NCBI GenBank assembly: GCA_963735375.1
Contig: CAVTKS010000005.1
Coordinates: forward strand, 256,152-320,151
Reading direction: 5' to 3'
Origin: an uncultured Acidimicrobiales bacterium
Lineage (GTDB): Bacteria; Actinomycetota; Acidimicrobiia; Acidimicrobiales; VFJN01
DNA length: 64,000 nt
In this document: piece after piece, positions 13,022 through 21,175 of the stretch
Position numbering within the stretch: position 1 is the first letter of the stretch
Layout: each line of letters opens with the position of its first letter
Notes under the pieces: generated by a model
What the model was told of the DNA's origin: nothing
The model's database searches: none
What the model saw: the letters and a program-made list of their open reading frames with translations, nothing else
Position numbers and translations under genes: made by a program

Positions 13022-13494
13022 GAGAGGCCGGCGACCATCTCGGCGACGGGCTCGCGCAGGTGCCGGGCGACCGGGACGTCGGGCCACAGGGCGACCAGCT
13101 CGTCCGGGTCGATCCAGATGCGGATGTCGGCGGGGGTGCCCTCGTCGAGCACCTGCGCGTACGCGCCCGCCCGCTGCTCTCGATCGCGGAGGTCGCGTGG
13201 GCCCTGGCGAGGGGTCCAGTCGAGGCGGTTGGGCAACGTGACGACGCGGTCGGCCGTAACGATGGGGGTCCATCCGCCCTCGGGCAACTCGATCGTTCGG
13301 CCACGCCACTCGCCGTAGGTGCGGGTGGGGCCGGAGCGCGTGGCGGCGATGCGGGCCAGAACGGCAGCAGCGGGACCCGTCGGCTGGCGGCGGCCGGCCT
13401 CCCAGGCGGCCACTGCTGGTTGAGTCACGCCGAGCAGGGCCGCCAGGTCGGCCTGGCTGAGCCCGGTCAACTCTCGGATCTCGCGCGGCGTCAT
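13018..13494 (-). CDS. XRE-family HTH protein with a C-terminal extension (putative cognate antitoxin)
   Basis: Contains the HTH MTPREIRELTGLSQADLAALLGVTQPAVAAWEAGRRQP followed by about 100 aa of unknown domain. Lies immediately upstream of, and coupled to, the AbiEii gene. Confidence 0.75.
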   Translation of the reverse strand: MTPREIRELTGLSQADLAALLGVTQPAVAAWEAGRRQPTGPAAAVLARIAATRSGPTRTYGEWRGRTIELPEGGWTPIVTADRVVTLPNRLDWTPRQGPRDLRDREQRAGAYAQVLDEGTPADIRIWIDPDELVALWPDVPVARHLREPVAEMVAGLS

Positions 13495-13511
13495 GTCGTT
13501 ATCATAACGAC
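13495..13511. promoter_or_regulatory. 17-bp perfect palindrome GTCGTTAT-C-ATAACGAC carrying divergent -10-like hexamers (TATGAT toward the HTH gene, TATCAT toward purB)
   Basis: Read directly. On the minus strand TATGAT is followed by 6 nt and then the HTH ATG. The element is AT-rich in a GC-rich background. Confidence 0.5.
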
Positions 13512-13552
13512 CGGTGTCGCCGTTGCCCGGAACCACCGGCGAGAATGGGGGC

Positions 13553-14977
13553 GTGAAACCCGTGCTGCCCGACGTGCTCGCCTCCCGCTATGCGAGCCAG
13601 CCGATGGTCGAGCTGTGGTCGCCCGAGCGCAAGGTGCGGCTCGAGCGCGAGCTGTGGGTCGCGGTGATGGCGGCCCAGCGGGACCTGGGCGTCGACATCC
13701 CGGCCGAGGCCATCGACGACTACCGGGCGGTGATCGACACGGTCGACCTCGGCTCGATCGAGGCCCGCGAGCGCGTCACCCGCCATGACGTCAAGGCCCG
13801 CATCGAGGAGTTCTCCGCCCTCGCCGGTCACGAGCACGCCCACAAGGGCATGACCTCGCGCGACCTCACCGAGAACGTCGAGCAGCTGCAGGTCCGCCTC
13901 GCGCTCGAGCTGGTGCGCGATCGCATGGTCACCGGGCTGGCTCGGCTGGCCGAGCGTGCGGCCGAGTACGCCACGCTGGTCATGGCCGGACGCAGCCACA
14001 ACGTCGCCGCCCAGGCCACGACCCTCGGCAAGCGGTTCGCCAACGCGGGCGAGGAGCTGCTGCAGGCCTACGGCCGGGTCGAGGACCTGCTGGCCCGCTA
14101 TCCGCTGCGCGGCATCAAGGGCCCGGTCGGCACCCAGCAGGACCAGCTCGACCTGCTCGACGGCGACGCCGCCAAGGTCGACCGGCTGGAGCGGGCGGTG
14201 CTCGAGCACCTGGGGTTCACGGGCGCGCTCACCAACGTGGGGCAGGTGTACCCACGCTCGCTGGACTTCGACGTGGTCGCCGCGCTCGTCCAGGCGACCG
14301 CGGGGCCCTCCAGCCTGGCCACGACGATCCGTCTCATGGCCGGCCACGAGCTGGTCACCGAGGGGTTCGCCCCCGGCCAGGTCGGCAGCTCGGCCATGCC
14401 GCACAAGATGAACACCCGCTCGGCCGAGCGGGTCAACGGGCTGGCGGTGGTGGTGCGGGGCTACCTGTCGATGGCCTCCGAGCTCGCGGGCGACCAGTGG
14501 AACGAGGGCGACGTGTCGTGCTCGGTCGTCCGGCGCGTCGCTCTGCCCGGCGCGTTCCTCGCCACCGACGGCCTGTTCGAGACGTTCCTGTCGGTGCTCG
14601 ACGGCTTCGGCGCCTACCCGGCGGTGATCGAGCGGGAGCTCGACCGGTACCTGCCCTTCCTCGCCACGACCAAGGTGCTCATGGCCGCGGTGCGCAACGG
14701 CGTCGGGCGCGAGCAGGCGCACGAGGCCATCAAGCAGCACGCCGTCGCCGTCGCCCTGGCGCTGCGCGAGGGGGCGTCGGGCAACGACCTGGCCGACCGC
14801 CTGGCCGGCGACGAGCGCCTGGGGCTCGACCGGGCGACGATCGACGCCGTCCTGGCCGACCGGGTCGGCTTCGTGGGCACGGCACCTCACCAGGTAGCGG
14901 CATTCGTTCACCAGGTCGAGGCGATAGCCGCCGACCATCCCGACGCCGCCCGCTACCGTCCCGAACCGATCCTGTAG
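13553..14977 (+). CDS. purB: Adenylosuccinate lyase
   Basis: Fumarate-lyase signature GSSAMPHKMNTRSAE. The GTG at 13553 follows GGGGGC; the track ORF starts at 13514. Confidence 0.95.
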   Translation: MKPVLPDVLASRYASQPMVELWSPERKVRLERELWVAVMAAQRDLGVDIPAEAIDDYRAVIDTVDLGSIEARERVTRHDVKARIEEFSALAGHEHAHKGMTSRDLTENVEQLQVRLALELVRDRMVTGLARLAERAAEYATLVMAGRSHNVAAQATTLGKRFANAGEELLQAYGRVEDLLARYPLRGIKGPVGTQQDQLDLLDGDAAKVDRLERAVLEHLGFTGALTNVGQVYPRSLDFDVVAALVQATAGPSSLATTIRLMAGHELVTEGFAPGQVGSSAMPHKMNTRSAERVNGLAVVVRGYLSMASELAGDQWNEGDVSCSVVRRVALPGAFLATDGLFETFLSVLDGFGAYPAVIERELDRYLPFLATTKVLMAAVRNGVGREQAHEAIKQHAVAVALALREGASGNDLADRLAGDERLGLDRATIDAVLADRVGFVGTAPHQVAAFVHQVEAIAADHPDAARYRPEPIL

Positions 14978-15025
14978 TCGGGCCGGTCCGCGCCCGCCGC
15001 ACACCATCCCTCGGAGGATCTCCCC

Positions 15026-15928
15026 ATGACCGACCTCGGTCTGCCCCACGTCCACTCCGGCAAGGTCCGCGAGATCTACGCCGTCGACGGCGACAGGCTG
15101 CTCATGGTCACCAGCGATCGCATCTCGGCGTTCGACGTGGTGATGGACGAGCCGATCCCGCACAAGGGCCGCGTCCTCACCGCCATGTCGGCGTTCTGGT
15201 TCGACCTGTTCGCCGACGTCGTCACCGGGCACCTGCTGTCGACCGACGTGGCCGACCTCCCGCCGGTCGTGCAGAAGGTGGCCAACCAGGCCGACCTGGC
15301 CGGCCGGGTCATGCTCACCCGCCGGGCCGACATGTTGCCGGTCGAGTGCATCGTGCGCGGCTACATCACGGGCTCGGCGTGGAAGGAGTACAGCAAGGCC
15401 GGCACGATGCACGGCGCGGCGTTGCCCGCCGACCTGCAGGAGTCCGACCGGCTGCCCGAGCCCGTGTTCACCCCGTCGACCAAGGCCGAGGTGGGCGGCA
15501 AGGACGAGAACATCTCGTTCGACGCGGCCGCGCAACTGGTGGGCGAGCCGCTGGCGGCCAAGGTGCGTGACGTGTCGCTCGAGCTGTACCTGCGGGGCGC
15601 CGAGTGGGCCCGCGAGCGGGGGATCATCATCGCCGACACCAAGTTCGAGCTCGGCCTCGTCGACGGCGAGCTCGTGCTGTGCGACGAGGTGCTGACGCCC
15701 GACTCGTCGCGCTTCTGGCCGACAGACGCCTGGCAGCCGGGGACGACGCCACCCTCGTTCGACAAGCAGCCGGTGCGCGACTACCTCGACGGGCTCGACT
15801 GGGACAAGACGCCGCCGCCACCGCCGTTGCCCGACGACGTCGTGACCGCGACGAGCGACCGCTACATCGAGGCGTATGAACGCATCACCGGCCGGTCGTT
15901 CGCCGACTGGCCGGGCGTCGGTGGCTGA
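15026..15928 (+). CDS. purC: Phosphoribosylaminoimidazole-succinocarboxamide synthase
   Basis: Contains GKVREIYAV, IIIADTKFELG and TPDSSRFWP. Confidence 0.95.
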   Translation: MTDLGLPHVHSGKVREIYAVDGDRLLMVTSDRISAFDVVMDEPIPHKGRVLTAMSAFWFDLFADVVTGHLLSTDVADLPPVVQKVANQADLAGRVMLTRRADMLPVECIVRGYITGSAWKEYSKAGTMHGAALPADLQESDRLPEPVFTPSTKAEVGGKDENISFDAAAQLVGEPLAAKVRDVSLELYLRGAEWARERGIIIADTKFELGLVDGELVLCDEVLTPDSSRFWPTDAWQPGTTPPSFDKQPVRDYLDGLDWDKTPPPPPLPDDVVTATSDRYIEAYERITGRSFADWPGVGG

Positions 15929-16768
15929 CATCGGCGACCCGGACGACCACCACCCAGGCCCGGCGGCCGGCGACCAGTTCCCGATCAAGGCCGGGCATCG
16001 TCAGGAGGTCTGGGACCTGCGCCTCGACTGGGGCACCGACGGCCTGGTCGCCGTCGCCGACGGTGCGGCCGCTGTCGTCGTGGTCGACGTGCTGCGCTTC
16101 ACGACCGCCGTGTCGGTCGCCGTCGGCCGCGGCGCCGTCGTGCTGCCGTACGTCTGGGCCGCCGGTGACGCCGCCCGGGCCTACGCGGCCCGCCACGACG
16201 CCGAGCTCGCCGGCCGCCGCGAGCACGGGGACTGGTCGCTGTCGCCCACCGACCTCGCCGAGCTTCCGCCGGGCTCCCGCCTCGTGCTGCCGTCGCCCAA
16301 CGGGTCGGCGCTGGCGTTCGGGGCCCAGGACGATGTTCCCGACGCCATCGTGCTGGCCGGCTGCCTGCGCAACGCCTCCGCGGTGGCCGCGGTCGCCGGC
16401 GCACGCCCCGGGCCGGTGGTGGTCGTCGCCGCCGGCGAGCGCTGGCGCGGCAACCTCGGCCCGTTGCGCCCGTCGGTCGAGGACCTGCTCGGGGCGGGAG
16501 CGGTGCTGCGGGCGCTCGTCGACGTCGCCGGGCGCCCGGCCGACTCTGCCTCGCCCGAGGCCCGGGCCGCCATCGCCGCCTTCGACGCCGCCCGCGGCGA
16601 GCTCGGCGCCTGGCTGGCCGGATCCGCGTCGGGCGCGAGCTGATCGAGATCGGCTTCGGCGACGACGTCGAGGCAGCGGCCGTCCTCGACGCCGACGACG
16701 TCGCCCCCGTCCTCGACGGGCGGGCCTTCACGGGGGTCGCGCCCGGCGCCGCCCGCCATCTACGCTGA
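15921..16768 (+). pseudogene. 2-phosphosulfolactate phosphatase (ComB) family gene with a frame disruption near 16633
   Basis: Contains VVVVDVLRFTTAVSVAV typical of the ComB family. The ORF stops at 16643, but the expected C-terminus (RELIEIGFGDDVEAAAVLDADDVAPVLDG) continues in the -1 frame to a TGA at 16766-16768, 4 nt before purS. Confidence 0.7.
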
Positions 16769-16772
16769 GGCC

Positions 16773-17039
16773 ATGCAGTTCTCGGTGCTGGTCGAAACCC
16801 GCCTGCGTGAGGGCGTCGCCGATCCGGAGGGCGCCACCATCGAACGGTCGCTGCCCGCCCTCGGGTTCGACGGCGTCTCGGGCGTCAGGGTCGGCAAGTG
16901 CTTCCGCTTCACCGTCGAGTCCGCCGACGGGGCCTCGGCCCGGGCCGAGGTCGACGACATGTGCAAGCGGTTCCTCACCAACCCCGTCATCGAGGACGCC
17001 ACGGTCACGGTCACCGCCGTCATAGGGGCGACCGCCTGA
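16773..17039 (+). CDS. purS: Phosphoribosylformylglycinamidine synthase subunit PurS
   Basis: An 88-aa protein (VLVETRLREGVADPEGATIERSL...) located directly upstream of purQ. Confidence 0.9.
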   Translation: MQFSVLVETRLREGVADPEGATIERSLPALGFDGVSGVRVGKCFRFTVESADGASARAEVDDMCKRFLTNPVIEDATVTVTAVIGATA

Positions 17040-17716
17040 TGGCCGCCGTCGTCGGCGTCGTCGTGTTCCCCGGGTCGAACTGCGAGCTCGACGTGGTCGA
17101 GGCCGTGCGGTCGCTCGGCGGCGAAGGGCGCCTGCTGTGGCACGGCGACACGTCGCTCGGCGGGGTCGACGCCGTGGTGCTGCCGGGCGGGTTCGCCCAC
17201 GGCGACTACCTCCGTCCCGGCGCCATCGCCCGGTTCTCGCCGGTCATGGCGGCCGTCGGCGAGCATGCTGCGGCCGGCGGCCCGGTCGTGGGCATCTGCA
17301 ACGGCTTCCAGGTGCTGTGCGAGGCCGGGCTGCTGCCCGGTGCGCTGCAGAAGAACGCGGGCCTCAAGTTCCTGTGCCGCCCGGCGACGCTGCGGGTCGA
17401 GGCCGGGGGCACCGCGCTCACCACCGGGGTCGAGGTGGGCACCGAGCTGACGATCCCGATCAACCACTTCGAGGGCAACTACACCTGCGAGCCCGAGACG
17501 CTCGCCGAGCTGCAGGCCGACGACCGCATCGTGCTCCGCTATGTCGACAACCCCAACGGCTCGGTCGACGACATCGCCGGCATCTGCTCGGCGGGCCGCA
17601 ACGTGGTCGGCATGATGCCGCACCCCGAGCGGGCCTCGCACGCGCTGCTGGGGTCGACCGACGGCGTGCCGTTGCTGCGCTCGCTGCTGGTCACCGCCGG
17701 CGCGCTCACCGCCTGA
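17039..17716 (+). CDS. purQ: Phosphoribosylformylglycinamidine synthase glutaminase subunit PurQ
   Basis: Contains GICNGFQVLCEAGLLPG (catalytic Cys) and MMPHPERA. The ATG overlaps the purS stop (TGATG). Confidence 0.95.
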   Translation: MAAVVGVVVFPGSNCELDVVEAVRSLGGEGRLLWHGDTSLGGVDAVVLPGGFAHGDYLRPGAIARFSPVMAAVGEHAAAGGPVVGICNGFQVLCEAGLLPGALQKNAGLKFLCRPATLRVEAGGTALTTGVEVGTELTIPINHFEGNYTCEPETLAELQADDRIVLRYVDNPNGSVDDIAGICSAGRNVVGMMPHPERASHALLGSTDGVPLLRSLLVTAGALTA

Positions 17717-17741
17717 CGGGTGGCACCCTGACGGGTGGCAC
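17712..17741. repeat. Perfect 15-bp tandem duplication CCTGACGGGTGGCAC x2 spanning the purQ stop codon
   Basis: Read directly from the sequence. Confidence 0.9.
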
Positions 17742-17769
17742 CGCCCGACGGCTCGCGCAGGCCGCGGGC

Positions 17770-18186
17770 TCACGAGCTGCGGGTGATACCCGCCTTGTCG
17801 AGCACGTCGGTGGGGACGCCCAACTCGCGCCATGCCGAGTACGAGATGCTCTTGCGCTCGCTGTAGGGCGCAGCCGACTTCACGAAGTCCTTTTGGAGCT
17901 GGGCAAGGTCGACGTTTGACTCGCTCGCGTCGAGCGCCGACTGGAGATCGAGGCGTTCCTGCACCAGGTGAAGGCGCTTGAGCGGGTCGGCCGTGGCGAT
18001 CTCGTCTTCGATGGTCGCGAGGCGCTTCTTCATCGAATCCGGCGAGCGCTTGCGGCCGCGTCGTGGCTTGTTCGCGTCGAGTGCTTCGAGGTACCGCCGC
18101 ACGGCGCGACCTTGATCTCGCCCTTCGGCGAGAGCTGCTTTGTGCTCTTTGCTCATCGGTGTGCGCTTGCGCGTTGATGGGGCCAT
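17770..18186 (-). CDS. Small basic hypothetical protein (Lys/Arg-rich N-terminus, helical centre)
   Basis: A clean 138-aa ORF with non-junk composition (KEHKAALAEGRDQGRAVRRYLEAL...ISYSAWRELGVPTDVLDKAGI), antisense to the surrounding pur genes. No family was recognised. An alternative start lies at 18156. Confidence 0.55.
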   Translation of the reverse strand: MAPSTRKRTPMSKEHKAALAEGRDQGRAVRRYLEALDANKPRRGRKRSPDSMKKRLATIEDEIATADPLKRLHLVQERLDLQSALDASESNVDLAQLQKDFVKSAAPYSERKSISYSAWRELGVPTDVLDKAGITRSS

Positions 18187-18287
18187 GACGCGGAAGCATA
18201 TTTCGATTCGTCGCCGCGTGTCATTTGAGCGCTGTCGGGTGGTCGACCCGGCCTGCTGCCGGTGACGGCGTTCGGTCCGGCCTCGCC

Positions 18288-18293
18288 TATCCT
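18288..18293 (+). promoter_or_regulatory. Candidate -10 hexamer TATCCT 6 nt upstream of the purL GTG (leaderless-type)
   Basis: The sequence reads TATCCT-GCTCCG-GTG. It shares the TATCCTGCTC 10-mer with the clpB upstream region. Confidence 0.4.
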
Positions 18294-18299
18294 GCTCCG

Positions 18300-20540
18300 G
18301 TGTCCGCCGACGAGCCGATCCACCGGGCCCTCGGGCTCACCGACGACGAGGCCGCCTCCATCGAGCGCATCCTCGGCCGGTCCGCCAACCACCTCGAGCT
18401 GGCCATGTACGCCGTCATGTGGTCGGAGCACTGCTCGTACAAGTCGAGCCGCCTCCACCTGCGTCGCCTGCCCAGCGAGGGGCCCGCGGTGCTCGTCGGC
18501 CCGGGAGAGAACGCTGGGGTGGTCGACGCGGGTGATGGCATCGGCGTCGCCTTCCGCATCGAGAGCCACAACCACCCGTCCGCGATCGAGCCGTATCAGG
18601 GCGCGGCGACGGGCATCGGGGGCATCCTGCGTGACGTCTTCACCATGGGTGCCCGCCCCATCGCACTGATGGATCCGCTGCGGTTCGGGCCATTGTCCGA
18701 CGCCCGGAGCCGGTGGATCGCCGAGGGTGTCGTGTCCGGCATCAGCGGTTATGGCAACTCGGTGGGCGTGCCTACCGTCGGCGGCGAGACCGTGTTCGAC
18801 GAGACCTATCAGGACAACCCGCTCGTCAACGTCTTCTGCCTCGGGGTGCTGCCCGTCGAGCGTCTCGTGCTCGGCCAGGCACACGGTGTCGGCAACCTCG
18901 CGGTGCTGTTCGGGTCGACGACGGGTCGCGACGGCATCGGCGGCGTGTCGGTGCTCGCATCGGCCGGTTTCGGCGAGGAGGCCGACGACGCGGCCAAGCG
19001 CCCCAGCGTGCAGGTGGGCGACCCGTTCGAGGAGAAGCGGCTCATCGAGGCGTGCCTCGAGATGCTCGACGCCAACCTCGTCGTCGGCATCCAGGACCTG
19101 GGCGGTGCCGGCCTGACCTGCGCCACCAGCGAGACCGCCAGCCGCGGCGGGGTCGGCATGGACGTGTACGTGTCCGAGGTTCCCAAGCGCGAGACGGGCA
19201 TGGAGGCCTTCGAGGTGCTCACCAGCGAGAGCCAGGAGCGCATGCTGGCCATCGTCGAGCCGCAGAACCTCGACGCGCTGCTGGCCATCACGGGCCGGTG
19301 GGAGATCACGGCGGCGGTGGTCGGCACGGTCACCGCCGGTGGCCAGCTCCGCATCCTCGACGGGCCCGACGGCGAGGTGCTGGCCGACGTGCCCGCCTCC
19401 TCGCTCCACGAGGACGCGCCGCTGCTCGACCGCCCGCGCGCCGAGCCCGCCGACCGGGCCGCCCGGCTGGCCGACAGCGCCGACGCCGCGCTGCCGGCTC
19501 CCGCCGACCCGGGCGCCGACGTGCTCGACCTGCTGTACGACACGTCGTGGGTGTTCAGCCAGTACGACCACCAGCTGTTCCTCAACACGGTCGAAGGCCC
19601 GGGCGGCGACGCCAGCGTGCTGCGGCTCAAGCACCCCACCACCGGCGCCGACACCGGTCGCGCCCTGGCCATGACCAGCGACGGCAACCACCGCTGGTGT
19701 GCGCTCGACCCGCGCAGGGGCACGGCCCTGGTGGTGGCCGAGGCCGTCGCCAACCTGGCGTGCGTCGGAGCCCGCCCGCTGGCGCTGGTGAACTGCCTGA
19801 ACTTCGGCAACCCCGAGCACCCCGAGACGATGTGGCAGCTCTCCGAGGCCATCGACGGCATGGCCGAGGCCTGCCGGGCGCTGTCGCTGCCAGTCGTGGG
19901 TGGCAACGTCAGCCTCTACAACGAGAGCCGGGGTCGCGACATCGACCCCACGCCCGTTGTGGCCGTCGTCGGTATGGTCGACCGGCTGGTGTCGCCGCCG
20001 CCGGGGGCCGGCCTGGTGGCCGGTACGCGGCTGGTCGTGCTGGGCGCCGAGCCCGACACGCTGTCGGGCTCGCAGTGGGCCTGGCGCCAGGGGCACAAGG
20101 CGGGGTCGCCCCCTGCCCTCGACCTCGACGCCCACGGAGCCGTCTGCGACCTCGTGCGTGACCTGGTGGCCGACGGCCTGGTGCTGGGCGTGCACGACAC
20201 GGCCGACGGTGGCTTCGGCCCGGCGCTGGCCGAGATGGTGGCCGCCAGCGGCGTCGGTGCGTCGGTGCGTGCGCCAGAGGGCGCCGACCACCGGTGGCTG
20301 TTCGGCGAGTCGCCCAGCCGCTTCGTGCTCTCGGTCGACCCGGCGGCGATCGGCGAGTTGCACCGCCGGCACGTCGCTGCCGATGTACCCGCGGCGATCG
20401 TGGGCGAGGCGGGCGGCGACACGCTCACGATCGATGGGCTGGCCGGGGGCGTCAACGTCGACCTGGCCGTCGCTGACGTCGTGGCTGCGTGGCGGGGCCG
20501 GCTGCCCGCCCTCCTCGGTCAGGGCACGACCCAGGGCTGA
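18300..20540 (+). CDS. purL: Phosphoribosylformylglycinamidine synthase subunit PurL
   Basis: Contains [20 protein letters not shown] and [18 protein letters not shown], with duplicated AIR-synthase-like domains. The track ORF starts at a TTG at 18225. Confidence 0.95.
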   Translation: MSADEPIHRALGLTDDEAASIERILGRSANHLELAMYAVMWSEHCSYKSSRLHLRRLPSEGPAVLVGPGENAGVVDAGDGIGVAFRIESHNHPSAIEPYQGAATGIGGILRDVFTMGARPIALMDPLRFGPLSDARSRWIAEGVVSGISGYGNSVGVPTVGGETVFDETYQDNPLVNVFCLGVLPVERLVLGQAHGVGNLAVLFGSTTGRDGIGGVSVLASAGFGEEADDAAKRPSVQVGDPFEEKRLIEACLEMLDANLVVGIQDLGGAGLTCATSETASRGGVGMDVYVSEVPKRETGMEAFEVLTSESQERMLAIVEPQNLDALLAITGRWEITAAVVGTVTAGGQLRILDGPDGEVLADVPASSLHEDAPLLDRPRAEPADRAARLADSADAALPAPADPGADVLDLLYDTSWVFSQYDHQLFLNTVEGPGGDASVLRLKHPTTGADTGRALAMTSDGNHRWCALDPRRGTALVVAEAVANLACVGARPLALVNCLNFGNPEHPETMWQLSEAIDGMAEACRALSLPVVGGNVSLYNESRGRDIDPTPVVAVVGMVDRLVSPPPGAGLVAGTRLVVLGAEPDTLSGSQWAWRQGHKAGSPPALDLDAHGAVCDLVRDLVADGLVLGVHDTADGGFGPALAEMVAASGVGASVRAPEGADHRWLFGESPSRFVLSVDPAAIGELHRRHVAADVPAAIVGEAGGDTLTIDGLAGGVNVDLAVADVVAAWRGRLPALLGQGTTQG

Positions 20541-20574
20541 CCGACTGCCGGCACCACGGCGGCAGCGGTGGGGC

Positions 20575-21159
20575 CTACGAGCTCGGGTCGGCCCGGGTGC
20601 CTCCCGGGGCCGAGGACCGCACCCCACCCGGCGTCGTGCCGTCGCGATGCTGGTCGGGCGTCGGCGCCTCGTCGTCGGAGCCGTCGAGCGACAGCGCACC
20701 GACCAGGCCGGCCTCTGCCTCGTCGATGGCGACGTCGGGCTGCAGGTCGTGGACGATCTTCCACATGACCTTGTCGAGGACCAGGAACTTGGCCAACCAC
20801 AGCACGCCGAAGCCGCTGAGCTGGGCGATCGAGTTGATCACCGTCGAGTCCCACCGGGCGTCGGCGTAGTCGACCGCGATGAGCGACAGGATCATGCCCA
20901 GCGCCGACATCACCCAGAAGGGGACGACCTCGCCCCACAGCCGGTTCTTGCCCGTCTGGCTCCACGTCCACCGGCGGTTGATCAGGTAGTTGGGCACGGC
21001 GCCCACTGACACCGACACGAGGTTGGCGGCGACGGCGTCCCACCCGAGGGCACCGTCGAGGATCCAGAACACGGGCTGACCCACGCTGACGGCGACGATC
21101 GAGGCCGTGGAGTACTTGAGCAGCTTCTGGATGGTGGGTGACCGCAGGTCGAGAGCCAT
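20575..21159 (-). CDS. GtrA-family membrane protein with an acidic C-terminal tail
   Basis: Contains PNYLINRRWTW and four helices. The ATG at 21159 (MALDLRSPTIQKLLKYST) was chosen over the track start at 21384. Confidence 0.75.
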   Translation of the reverse strand: MALDLRSPTIQKLLKYSTASIVAVSVGQPVFWILDGALGWDAVAANLVSVSVGAVPNYLINRRWTWSQTGKNRLWGEVVPFWVMSALGMILSLIAVDYADARWDSTVINSIAQLSGFGVLWLAKFLVLDKVMWKIVHDLQPDVAIDEAEAGLVGALSLDGSDDEAPTPDQHRDGTTPGGVRSSAPGGTRADPSS

Positions 21160-21175
21160 CAGCCGGGCAGCGTAG

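Noticed and set aside
16761-16775. TACGCT-6 nt-ATG upstream of purS as an internal leaderless promoter.
   Set aside because: A GAGG Shine-Dalgarno-like sequence occupies the same spacer, and the site lies inside the repaired ComB-like gene 3' end. Translational coupling within the operon is equally likely.
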